DNA of 64,000 bases from Mobula hypostoma (taxonomy: Eukaryota), in contig NC_086105.1 of the NCBI RefSeq assembly GCF_963921235.1, positions 102,734,001-102,798,000 on the forward strand. Reading direction: 5' to 3'. The notes under the pieces are model-generated. The model was not told the DNA's origin, made no database searches, and was given only the letters and a program-made list of their open reading frames with translations. Positions within the stretch are counted from its first letter, which is position 1, and the number at the start of each line of letters is the position of its first letter. Shown one piece after another: positions 38,126-50,659 of this stretch. A program made the position numbers and the translations under genes.

Positions 38126-39988
38126 CCAGTCGCTACATGGAATCCAGGCATGAACTCCGGAAAGCCATTAAGGGCGTCAAGAGGCAATATTGAGCCAAGT
38201 TAGAAGTCCAGACTGACCAGAGGGATGCCAGTAGACTATGGCAGGGTCTGAATGAGATCACTGGGCACAAAGAAAAGGCTGGGAATATCAATAACTATGG
38301 CGCTTCTCTTTCTGGCGAATTTAACGTATTCTACGCAAGATTCGAACAGAAGAGGAGCGTCCCGCTCCTGGTGGCATCAAGATTCATCGTCACCGAGGAG
38401 GACGTTATCTTCCTGAAGATAAATCCAAGGAAGGCGACAGGCCTAGATGGCGTCCTGGGAGGGGTTCTCTGGGCCTGTGCAAGCGAGCTAGCTGGATTGT
38501 TTGCTGACATCTTCAACTGCTCCTTGCTTCAGTCTAAGATCCCCTCTTGTTTTATGAAGGCAACGATAATCCCAGTGCCGAAGAAGAGCAAGGTGGCATG
38601 CCTGAATGACTATCGACCTGTGGCTCTGACATCAATTGCTATGAAGTGCTTCGAGCGATTGGTTATGGCACACATCAACCACAGCCTACCGGTCAACCTC
38701 GACGCTTTGCAATTCGCCTATCGGAGCAATAGGTCAACGGCAGATGCCATCTCTCTGGCCCTACATTCCTCCTTAGAACACCTGGAGAATAAAGACGCAT
38801 ACGTAAGGCTCCTTTTCATTGACTACAGCTCTGCCTTTAATACCGTCATTCCAAATAAACTGATTTCTAAGCTCCGGAACCTGGGCCTTAGCACTCAAAT
38901 CTGCAGCTGGATCTTCAACTTCCCCACAGACAGGACCCAGGCTGTAAAAATAGGGGACAAGCTCTCCTCTACAATCACTCTGAGCATGCGGTGCCCCACA
39001 AGGCTGTGTACTCAGCCCCCTGCTGTACTCACTGTACACCTATGTTTGTGTAGCCAAGTTTCCATCGAACTCAGTATGTAAGTTTGCTGATGACACAAAA
39101 ATTGTAGGCCGTATCTCAGGTAATGATGAATTTGAGTACAGAGAGGAAATTAAGAACCTGGTGGCATGGTGTGAAGACAATAACCTATCCCTCAACGTCA
39201 GCAAGATGAAGAAATTGGTTGTTGACTTCAGAAGGAGTAGCGGACCGCATGACCCAATTTACATCAGCGGTGCGCAAGTGGAACAGGTCCAAAGCTTTAA
39301 GTTCCTCGGGGTTAATATCACAAATGACCTGACTTGGTCCAACCAAGCAGAGTCCACTGCCAAGAAGGCCCACTAACGCCTTTACTTCCTGAGAAAACTA
39401 AAGAAATTTGGCCTGTCTCCTAAAACCCTCACTAATTTTTATAGATGCATTGTAGAAAGTATTCTTCTAGAGTGCATCACAATCTGGTATGGAAATTGTC
39501 CTGTCTAAAACCAGAAGAAGCTGCAGAAGATCATGAACACGGTGCAGCACATCACACAAACCAATCTTCTGTCCTTGGACTCACTTTACACCACACGCTG
39601 TCGGAGCAGTGCTGCCAGGATAATCAAGAACACGACCCACCCAGCCAACACACTTTTCATCCCTCTTCCCTCCGGGAGAAGGCTCAGGAACTTGAAGACT
39701 CATATGGCCAGATTTTGGAACAGGTTCTTTCCAAATGTGATAAGACTGCTGAACGGATCTTGACCCGGATCTGGGCCGTATCCTCCAAATATCCGGACCT
39801 GCCTCTCGGTTTTTTTTTGCACTATCTTACTTTGCATTTTTCTATTTATGATTTATAATTAAAATTTTTAATATTTACTATCGATTTGTAATCCAGGGAG
39901 TGGGAAGCGCAGAATTAAATATCGCTGTGATGATTGTACGTTCTAGTATCAATTGTTTGGCGACAATAAAGTATAAAGTAGAAAGTAT
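38126..39988 (+). mobile_element. 5'-truncated Rex1/Babar-like LINE with RT domain (frameshifted)
   Basis: NDYRPVALTSIAMKCFERLV, LQFAYRSNRSTADA, LFIDYSSAFNT and KFADDT. Tail aaagtataaagta, TSD AAATA (38121-38125, 39989-39993). Confidence 0.93.
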
Positions 39989-40394
39989 AAATATATAATC
40001 ATACCATTATACAATAAATAGGTGGGGCTGAATTGTCAACTACTCTGTATTTCTCTCAAATATTTCCATTCTTTTCACTGTAACTCATTTTATTCTGCTG
40101 CAGAAATACAGAATTACGCACATCCATTCTCTTTGTACAATTTCTTTAACATTGAAGCAGCATTTATTATTTCACTAAGAGATGAATATAATTATATAAT
40201 ATCTAACTTCATCTGTTAAATTATTTTTAAATCAATCAAAGTTAAAGTCTTGAAAAAACTGGTTTAATGATGTAAAACTATGAAAACCTAATGTGATATG
40301 AAAGCTGATTTAGATACCTGTTATTTAGGCTTCTGTTTGTAAAAACATTTGGAAAAGCTTTTTTGGATCATCTGAAGTTCAGAGATGTGAAGTG

Positions 40395-40730
40395 TAAACT
40401 ATCTAAAGACTTCAGCTTTTTGGTGTGCCTAGATATCTGCAGGTTTGAAAAGTGTGGGACAAAGGATAATTGCAATCATTTTTCTAAAAGCAACCTTTTT
40501 TCAAGATAAAGAACTTGGCTTAAGATCACAGGCAACAACATTTTCTCCATATAGGGCTACCATCTAATATTTGGTGCAATGATACAGCGAGGTGCAGCTG
40601 AACATTTGTTGATGAGTCATTGGAACTTTATCAACTTTGAAGTGATGAATATACACGATAGACCACTTCCAGAGCACACAAGTGCACGAGTCTTGCAAAT
40701 GCATGATTAGGTACATCTCAGTTATCAACT
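40395..40730. promoter_or_regulatory. Candidate erythroid enhancer, copy B
   Basis: WGATAR at 40399, 40504, 40628 and 40722, TGAGTCA at 40613-40619, and CAGCTG retained. All are at positions homologous to copy A. Confidence 0.5.
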
Positions 40731-42029
40731 ATATTCAAATTGATCCAGCCTTGAGCCAGTTGAGAACCATGTTTCAATATCTACAAAATGATTATTATAA
40801 CAGCAGACTTTAATGGTAGAACTCAGGACATTTACTGTGACTGTTTGTTACCAAAATATTTTTATTTTAAAGTGAGGCTATATGGAGAGATTAAAGCAAA
40901 TGTAATTGAATTTGATGCTTGATTATTTCTTAAAGTTGAAGGGTTTTGGAGTATTATTCAGTCTCCCGTGTTTCCTCACCTGGACAGGTGGGAGATCCAA
41001 AGCACAGAAAAGAACAATGGTATAGTTGTGGTTGGGATGGACAGGAAGATGTTAATGGTGGATAGAGTCAAGTAATGAGCATGATTGAGCAGAAATGGTT
41101 TGGATATTCTCATGTTTATAGAGCATGGACAGAGGAGGCTAGAAGGCATACATCAGATCTGTGGGTAAACACGAACTCAGCAGCTGACTGACTGAGACTG
41201 GGATGGTGTTGTTTGGGAATGAGCACCTAATGGTCACAGGATGCATGAGAAGGTGACCTCAAAACTAAATCTGACACCAAGGATGTTGAGTTTTAGACAG
41301 CTGCCAGCAGAAGGGATGGAGTGAGATACTGGAGAATACAGTGACAAAGGCCAAAAAAAATCTTCAATCTTCTCAATGATTCAACTTGTCAGGATGTGCC
41401 CTTTGTATTAAAGTATATGTCAACAAAAGTGCATTTCATCCAGACTAACACAGTGAGCAAAAAATGTAATTGAGTCCATTAACAAACTGATCAACTGATA
41501 ATATAGTGGTCCTAAATTTAGTGATTATTTAGGGGAGCCAGGTTGCTCTTGCCTTGAATATATAACCTCATTGATTAATCTGCTGCCAAGCAAGGCTAAT
41601 TTTCTGTACTCCTGATATTAAAATCAATAAAAAGCAAAACAAATGCCTAAGATTGAATGACAATGTTATCTGTTCAAAATATAAAAACAAAGAAATTCAA
41701 ATTGTACCAAACTACCAATAAATGTTTGAAGCAAATTTTTATTCATTTGATAATAGAAATTAGGCAAGACATCTCACAACTGAGAGGCAATGGAGGATTC
41801 CTGAGAAATGGCAGTGAGGTGTGGGGTCAGTGTTGCTGGGAGATCTGACAGTATGTTCTAGAAAAGGCTGAATGCTGGGTTATCCAGTGAGTGCGTTTAG
41901 CAGGAGTTCCCTCTACCAGTAAAGTATAAAGTGCCGTCAGATAAAACTGCATTTACATTCAATCTTCTTTGTTTTTATATCTTAGTTTTGACCTAACTCT
42001 GTCACCTGTTAGAGGACAGGTAGAGCTAA

Positions 42030-44190
42030 ATTGAGGAAAATATTTCCATGAGTTACCATTCCTTCTGACCTTGCCATCTCTGAGGCAGAATATTCTGTCC
42101 ATAGCAAGGGCCTTAACTTTGTCCCCCTTTGCCCAGACCGCAGTCAGTTTCGCACTCGCCATGATGCTGAGCGCTTCTCCTGTTGCTTCTGTCTTCTTCG
42201 GAATCCCACACCATCCCACACCAATGACTCCTTCTCCCACCTTCAAACGTCTTCTTCTTGAACACCCCACTCTGGTCCTCTGCCTGCTCTGGATCTTGTC
42301 TTCTCTAATTGCCGACGAGACCACAAGCAGGTCAGCTTCAGCACTCCTCCTTCCTCCTTGAAACTTACAGCCTCTGAACGCACTACCCCCCGCTGTCCAC
42401 AATTCCAAACTTACCTTCAAGCCAGCAGACATAAGGGGGCTGTTGTAGTGTTGCAGACTGACCTCTACTGTGCTTCTTCTTAGCCTGCCCACGGACAGTC
42501 TATACATGGCCCAGACAGAACTGGACACATTTTTGCGCCTTGTTGTTGAATTCAGCAAGTTCTGCAACAGTACAGGGTTCCTCCAGTGATGGGCATTGCA
42601 GGAGATGTTGCATAGTTTGTGGCTCAGTTCCACATTCACAAGTTGTTGGGCTGGTTGTATATCCCCATTTGCTTAGTGACACCTTTGAACAACCTACACC
42701 AGTCCTAAGTCTGTTAAGGCACTTCCAGGTTGCCCTGGGAGAAGGCTTTCATCCGGTGGAATTTCCATCGTTGGGCGTTGTTTGAGACTGGCGAGCCGGG
42801 CTTTCCACAAGGCGATGCGGGCTTCAGATGGGGTTGATTGTAATGGAATAACACTGTTCATGAAGCTCTTCCTTGACTTTAGGCGGTTGGGTGTAAGTGT
42901 ATGACCATATAGAGGGTGCCTCTCATCTGATGTTTGACAGAGTCGTCTTTTCCTGCTGGCTACCATTCTTCTTATATCGGGACGGGGGGGGGGCGATACC
43001 CGCCAGGATATATAGGCTGTTGGTGTTTGTTGGTTTTAAACAACCTGTGATAAGTTGAAAGCTTGCATTCAGAATGGCATCCATCTTCTCAGCATGAGTA
43101 GATCTTTCCCATGCAGGGCAGGCGTATTCGGCAGTGGAATAGCAAAGAGCAAGTTGCACTAGCTCGCAATGTTTTCGAGCTTGCTCTGCCATGCTGAGAT
43201 CAAGTGGCAGCTCTCAGACGCCTCCTCTTACCTATCCCTTGAAAAAGGACCCCACACAGAACCATCAGGTCATTGTCTCTGGCATCATCACTAAACTCAT
43301 CAACTCTAGAGAACTCATAATTTCCTCACCACACTGTGCTCATTTCTACCGAACAATGCCTGCCTTTTCATTGGCTACGTAGAACAGCGCATGTTCTAAG
43401 CCTTCACTGGTAATGCTTCCCAACTCTTCCTGCACTACATTGACAACTGCATGGTTGTCATGCACCCATGATGAGCTCGTCAATTTAATCAACTTTGCCT
43501 CCAACATCCACTCTGCCCTTAAATTCACTTGGTCCATTTCTGACACCTCCCTCCCCTTTCTTGGTCTCTCTGTCGCCATCTCTGGAGACAAGTTATCTAA
43601 TGCCATCTTTTATAAACCTGCTGATTCCCTCTTCCTACCCTGTCTCCTGTAAAAATACTATTCCCTTTTCTCAGTCCCTTTGTCTCCACCGCATCTGTCC
43701 CCAGGATGAGGCTATCCTTCCCAGAACATCAGAGATGTTCTCCTTCTTCAAAGAGCAGGGTTTTCTTTCCTCCACAACTGATGCTACTCTCAGACATATC
43801 TCCTCCATTTCCTGGACATCTGCACTCACCTCATTTTCCTACCTCCTTAACAGGAATGGAGTTCTTTCTGTCGTCAGCCAGACCACATGAGCCTATGAAT
43901 CCCACACATCATTCTCCGCAACCTCCACCATCTTAAGCAGGATCCTATCACCTAACACGTCGTTACCACACCTCCACTCTGCTTTCCACAAGAATTATTC
44001 CCTCTGTGATTCCCTTGACTATTTGCCCTTCCCCACTAATCTCCCTCCTCGCACATATCCCTTCAAGTAACAGATATGCTATACTTGCCCATTTATCACC
44101 TCCCTTACCCATACAGTCCTTGGAGATGAGGCAACACTTCAGCTATGCCTGTTGGGGTTATCAATTGTATCCGATGATCCCAATGCGACC
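42030..44190 (+). mobile_element. Degenerate Penelope-like element (paralogue of 35113-36430), interrupted at ~42497-43185
   Basis: tctgaggcagaa...agcaagggccttaactttgtcccc (SEAE..SKGLxFVP) and DPTQNHQVIVS. The RT remnant is collinear with 35113+. Confidence 0.75.
42497..43170 (-). mobile_element. Non-LTR retrotransposon 3' fragment (Vingi/I-group-like)
   Basis: ALCYSTAEYACPAW...ITGCLKPT and a C-terminal zinc-knuckle CECGTEPQTMQHLLQCP. Confidence 0.7.
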
Positions 44191-46570
44191 TCCTCTATAT
44201 TTCAAAAAGAACTGACAAGGACGCAAAAGAGGTTGGGGTGTGGCATTGCTAATTAGGGATAGTGCCATGGCTACAGAAAAGGAGGAATTCATGGAGGGAT
44301 GGTCTACTGAGTCAGTTTGGGTGGAAGTCAGAAACAGGAAAGGGGCAATAACTCTACTGGGTGTTTTTATAGACCCCCCAATAGTAACAGGGATATCGAG
44401 GAGCAGATAGGGAGGCAGATTCTGGAAATGTGCAATAATAATAGGGTTGTTGTGATGAGAGATTTTAACTTTCCTAATATTGATTGGCATCTCCTCGGCG
44501 CAAGTGGTTTAGGTGGGTGGAGTTTGTTAGATGTGTTCAGTAAGGTTTCCTGATGCAGTATGTAGATAAGCCAACTGGAAGGGAGGCTGTACTTGACCTG
44601 GTATTGGGAAATGAACTTGGTCAAGTGTCAGGTCTGTCAGTGGGAGAGCATTTTGGAGATAGTGGTCACAGTTCTATCTCCTTTCCATAGCATTGAAGAG
44701 GGATAGGAACAAACAAGTTATGAAAATGCTTAATTCCAGTAAGGGGAAATATGAAGCTATCAGGCAGGAACTTGGAAGCATAGGTTGCAAGCAAATGTTC
44801 TCAGGGAAATGCATGGCAGAAATGTGGCAAATGTTCAGGGAACATTTGCATGGAGTTCTGCGTAGGTATGTTCCATTGAGGTAGAGAAAGAATAGTAGGG
44901 TTAAAGAACCATGGTATACAAAATATTTAGAAAATCTAGTTAAGAAGAAAAGAAAAACTTACGATATGTTCAAGAAACTAGGTGCAGTTAGAGCTTTAGA
45001 AAATTACAGAATTTTTAGGAAGGAGCTTATGAATGGAATTAGGAGATCCAGAAGGGGCCATGAGAAGCAGGCAGAATGGTTAGCAGGATTAAAGAAAACC
45101 CCAAGGCATTCTACAAGTATGTGAAGATCAAGAGGATGAGCTGTTTGAAAAAAGAACCAGTCAGGTGCAATAGTGGAAATTTCTGCATGGAGTTGGAGGA
45201 GGTAGAGGAGGTACCTAATGAATACTTTGCTTCAGTATTCATCAGGGAAAAAGACTGGGCCAATTTGGGGATAACTTTCAGCAGACTGAAACGCTTGAGC
45301 ATATAGACATTAAGAAAGAGGATGTGCTGGAGTTTTTGAAAAGCATTAAATTAGCTAACGCACTGGGACTGGATGAGAAATACCCCAGGCGAGGGAGGAG
45401 ATTGCTGAACCTCTTGCGATGATCTTTGCATCAACAATAAGGACAAGAGAAGTACCGGAGGATTGGAAGGTTGCAAATGTGGCTCCCTTGTTCAAGAAAG
45501 GGAGTAGAGATAACCCAGGAAATTATAGACCAGTGAGTCTGACTTCAGTGTTGGGCAAGTTGTTGGAGAAGATCCTGAGAGGCAGGATTTATGAGCATTT
45601 GGAGAGACATAATCTGATTAGGGATGGTCAATATGACTTTGTCAAGGGCAGGTCATGACTTATGAGCTGGATTGAATTGTTTGAGACTGTAACAAAACAC
45701 ATTGATGAAGGTAGAGCAGTAGATGTAGTGTATATGGATTTCAGTAAGGCATTTGATAAGGTTCCCCATACAAGGCTCCTTCAGAAAGTAAGAAGGCATG
45801 GGATCCAAGGAGACATTGCTATGTGGATCCAGAATTAGCTTGCTAACAGAAGGCAAAGAGTGGTTGTAGATGGTCTGTATTCTGCATGGAGATCAGTGAC
45901 CAATGGTGTTCCGCAGGAATCTGTTCTGGGACCCCTCTTCTTTGTGATTTTTATAAATGACCTGGATGAGGAAGTAGAAGGGTGGGTTAGTAAGTTTGCT
46001 GATGACACAAAACTTGGGGGTGTTGTGGATAGTCTGGAAGGTTGTCAAAGGTTACACCGAGACATTGCTAGGATGCAGAACTGGGCTGAGAAGTGGCAGA
46101 TGGACCAACCCAGATAAGTGTGAAATAGTTCATTTTGGTAGGTCCAATTTGAATACAGAATATAATATAAATGGTAAGACTCTTGGCAATGTGGCAGATC
46201 GGAGAGATCTTTGGATCTGTGTCGAAAGGTCACACAAAGATGCTGCACAGTTTGACAGTGTTGTTAAGAAGGTATCTGGTGTGTTGGCATTCATCAACCA
46301 TGAGTCTGAGTGGGGAGATAATGTTACAGCTATACAAGACCTTGGTCAAACCCCACTTGGAGTACTGTGTTCAGTTCTGGTCACCTCACTACAGGAAGAA
46401 TGTAGATACTATAGAGAGAGGGAAAGGAGATTTACAAGGATGTTGCCTGGATTGGAGGGCGTACCTATGAGAATAGGTTGAGTGTACTTGGCCATTTTTC
46501 CTTGGAGCAACAGAGGATGAGAGGTAGCCTGATAGAGGTGTATAAGATGATGAGGAGCATTGATCGTGTA
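44190..46570 (+). mobile_element. Degenerate CR1 ORF2
   Basis: FYRPPNS, DFNFPNIDW, PGNYRPVSLTSV, GVPQESVLGP, KFADDTK, PHLEYCVQFW. Confidence 0.9.
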
Positions 46571-46592
46571 ATAACTTCTCTACAGTTGCTAG

Positions 46593-46824
46593 ACCCCTCT
46601 ACTGTAGGTAGGCAGTAATAAACCTCTCTACTATCACTGGACATTAATAGACCTCTCTACTGTCGCAAGGCAGTTATAGACCTCTCTACTGTCGCAAGGC
46701 AGTTATAGACCTCTCTACTATTGCTAGGCAGTACTAAACCCCTCTACTATAGCTGGACAGTAATAGATATCTCTACTGTAGGTAGGCTGTAATAGATCTC
46801 TCTGTTATAGCTAGATACTAATAG
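46593..46824. repeat. Minisatellite, 8 x 29 bp (consensus ~ACCTCTCTACTGTNGCTAGGCAGTAATAG)
   Basis: Units start at 46593, 46622, 46651, 46680, 46709, 46738, 46767 and 46796. Confidence 0.9.
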
Positions 46825-47914
46825 ACAAAGAAAGAAACTGACCAAAAGCCACCTTAACCTTTGTCTCTTCTCACCGAAGCCTCAAGAGCCAAAGCCACAA
46901 GCTCCACACTCTAGTACCAGCCCACTCACAGAACTTTCTCTCCCACAATGACTGCTCAATTAAACCTCACACCTTTTTCTGGGCCTCTGTCAAGTGACTA
47001 ATACACAGCGACATCACAAGCCTGCCAAAATGTTTCAAAAGCCCCACTCACATTTTAATCCTCACACTCAGCTCACTCACTTCCAAACAAGAGACTACTT
47101 GTGATATGTACCATGAGCTAGTACAAATACGATGATCCAAATGGCCTCCTCTTATGCTGGATGGATATATGAAAAAATGGTAAATATGAGGAACATTGTT
47201 TTTGTGCTAACCTGCAGAAAATACAGAGAAAGTCAATGGTTGATATCAGTGCTTATGGAATCCTGATTTACAAGCAGCCCTGGTTGTACATTGGACCACC
47301 TGGATACAAATATTGTATAAGCCACTCACTTTAGCCCAGTCCTTATCATCAGCCAGAATGTCCACCAAACCCCACTTCCCAGTTTATTGCTCCACCGCCT
47401 TTGACATCCTCTGTAAAGGGTTAAATGGTTTACAGTTTGCGAGGTTTGATTGTAAGACGGGTAATTTTTCTGCACTCTTTATTTAATATTTTCCTTACAT
47501 TTCCTATGGTAACTTATAGTGCATTTTACGTATTGCTCAGTACTCCTGCTACATAACAACAAATTTCATGACATATGCTGCAACAATAAACCTAATTCTG
47601 ATTCTGATTCTGTAATTCTAAAGCCCTAATGCACTACACATGGGAGAAGTGGCTGATATTTGCTGCAGCTACACTGAATGAGTTGGAGGCGAATAAATTA
47701 AGGGCCACTATAAAAGTGAAAATCAAAGCGATGAACTTAAACCTGTGAGGCTGCAGCCCTACTTGTTGTGAATCTCAGATGGAAACTCATTGGAAAACAT
47801 TACTCTTTGAGTGTATTGTACCTGCTGCAACTGTGATCCAAGTCACCGGAGAGGCACTCAAGCTGATGATATAAAAGTCTTTACTCAGCCCATTAAACAA
47901 GCATTCTCCTGGAG

Positions 47915-48110
47915 AAACACACACAAAATTCTGAAGGAGCTCAGCAGGTCAGGCAGCATCTCTGGAAAAGACTGATGATGGAGTCCTGATGAAGGGTCTC
48001 GACCCAAAATGTCGACTGCTTACTCTTTTCCATAGATGCTGCCTGGCCTGCTGAGTGTTGTGTGTTGCTTTGGAATTTCAACATCTGGAGATTTTCTTGT
48101 GTTTGTGATT
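47915..48110. mobile_element. Penelope-derived short element with inverted arms and a decayed hammerhead
   Basis: Arms at 47940-47971 and 48024-48055. Core agtc-CTGATGA-agggtctcgaccc-AAAAT-GTC-gact. Confidence 0.75.
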
Positions 48111-48869
48111 CTTCTGGAAACACTCTTGCAAGAATCTCACAAAAACGTAAGTATGTACATCACATTTAAACAGTTGGGTGGGTATGTACAATAAGCTGTG
48201 ACGCATGGCTTCAGTATTAGAGTATATGTAAGGGTGTAGCGATACTTAAGTTACCTAGAAACCATAATATGTAGAGCTTGCTGGCAAGGTGTAATGGCAT
48301 TTGCATAACATAAAGCAGAGTGTAAGAGTAGTGGTGAGGCAGCCGGAAAATAACTTAAAACATTTTCTTAGCATTGTCCTTGTGCCTTTTGGTGCTGCTT
48401 TTGAGTTAACATTTATCCCACCAGTGTTCACAATGAACTTTACAATTTCCTGGATCCTTATTCTTTTAGGACCTTTCTCTATCTCTTCACACCATCCTTT
48501 GTTATCTGCAGTTGTTATGTTACACCATGGGCCCTACCAACCTTCCTACAAATTTGAAATGACTGCTGATAGTAATTAGAGGCCATAACCACTTCCCCAA
48601 TAAGATGAATCATCATGACCTTAATCTGAGCCAATGATGTCCACCCAGTGGTATTGCACCCTATGGATATGATCCAATGCAACGAACAATAGAGTCATTG
48701 ACTAGACACTTCCATCACAGAAGTGAGGTGGGTCACAAATCTGAGACACAAGAGATTACAGATGCTAGAATCTGCACAAAAGAACTGAGCTGCAGGTGAA
48801 ACTCAGTGGGTTAAGCAGTGTTTGAAGACGGAAATAAACAGTCAACATTTTTGTCAAGACCATCATAAA

Positions 48870-49365
48870 GAATTGAATTGAATTGACTTTATTGCTTACA
48901 TCCTTCATATACATGAGGAATAAATATCTTTACGTTATGTCTCCATCTAAATGTGCAATTTATAGTAATTTATAATATATAATATGTACAAAACACAGTC
49001 AATATAACATAGAAATACAATTGCATCAGCAGAAATTAATCAGTCCGATATCCTGGTGGAGAAAGCTGTCCTGGAGCCTGTTGGTCCAGGCTTTTGTATT
49101 GCGGTAACATTTCCCAGATGGTAGCAGCTGGAATAGTTTGTGGTTGGGGTGGCTTGGGTCCCCAATGATCCTTTGGGCCCGTTTTACACACTTGTCTCAC
49201 TTGTCTTTGTAAATGTCCTGAATAGTGGGAATTTCACATTAATAGATGTGCTGGGATGTCCGCACCACTCTCTGCAGAGTCCTGCATTTGAGGGAAGTAC
49301 AGTTCCCATACCAGACAGTGATGCAGCCAGTCAGGGTACTCTCATTTGTGCCCCTGTAGAAGGCT
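48870..49365 (-). mobile_element. Rex1/Babar-like LINE 3' fragment
   Basis: (aattg)n tail plus tttatt. The body (gatgcagccagtcaggg, ttcccataccagacagtg) resembles the other Rex1-like copies. Confidence 0.65.
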
Positions 49366-49461
49366 TTGGCCAAAGGTTTTGGGCTCAGAAAGGTTCGGTT
49401 TATGAGAGACAGGGTGTCAGCTGCATCAGAGTGTTAAGATAAAGCCAGACGTATGAGTATT

Positions 49462-50655
49462 ACATAGAACATAGAACATAGAATAGTACAGCACATTACA
49501 GGCCCTTTGGCCCACAATGTTGTGCCAACCCTCAAACCCTGCCTCCCATATAACTCCCCACCTTAAGTTCCTCCATATACCTGTCTAGTAGTCTCTTAAA
49601 CTTCACGAGTGTATCTACCTCCACCACTGACTCAGGCAGTGCATTCCACGCACCAACCACTCTCTGAGTAAAAAACCTTCCTCTAAAATCCCCTTGAACT
49701 TCCCACCCCTTACCTTAAAGCCATGTCCTCTTGTATTGAGCAGTGGTGCCCTGGGGAAGAGGCGCTGGCTATCCACTCTATCTATTCCTCTTATTATCTT
49801 GTACACCTCTATCATGTCTCCTCTCATCCTCCTTCTCTCCAAAGAGTAAAGCCCTAGCTCCCTTAATCTCTGACCATACTGCATACTCTCTAAACCAGGC
49901 AGCATCCTGGTAGATCTCCTCTGTATATTTTCCAGTGCTTCCACATCCTTCCTATAGTGAGCCGACCAGAACTGGACACAGTACTCTAAGTGTGGCCTAA
50001 CCAAAGTTTTATAGAGGTGCATCATTACATCACGACTCTTAAACTCTATCCCTCGACTTCTGAAAGCTAACACCCCATAAGCTTTCTTAACTACCCTATC
50101 CACCTGTGAGGCAACTTTTAGGGACCTGTGGACATGTACCCCTAAATCCCTTTGCTCCTCCACACTACCAAGTATCCTGCCATTTACTTTATACTCTGCC
50201 TTGGAGTTTGTCCTTCCAAGGTGTACCACCTCACACTTCTCCGGGTTGAACTCCATCTGCCACTTCTCAGCCCACTTCTGCATCCTATCAATGTCTCTCC
50301 GCAATCTATGACAATCCTCTACACTATCTACAACATCACCAACCTTTGTGTTGTCTGCAAACTTGCCAACCCGCCCTTCTACCCCCATATCCAGGTCGTT
50401 AATAAAAATCACGAAAAGTAGAGGTCCTAGAACCGATCCTTGTGGGATACCACTAGTCACAATCCTTCAATCGGAATGTACTCCCTCCACCACCACCCTC
50501 TGCCTTCAGCAGGCAAGCCAATTCTGAATCCACCTGGCCAAACTTCCCTGGATCCCATGCCTTCTGATTTTCTGAATAAGCCTACCATGTGGAACCTTGT
50601 CAAGTGTCTTACTAAAATCCATATAGATCACATCCACTGCACTACCCTCATCTAT
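49462..50655 (-). mobile_element. Young 5'-truncated CR1 LINE
   Basis: ORF 49615..50460 has GIPQGSVLGPLLF, KFADNTK and LYKTLVRPHLEYCVQFW, with a (CATAGAA)n tail. Confidence 0.93.
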
Positions 50656-50659
50656 AATT

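Noticed and set aside
46593-46824. CRISPR-like 29-bp repeats
   Set aside because: The units are contiguous with no unique spacers, there are no cas genes, and the context is vertebrate.
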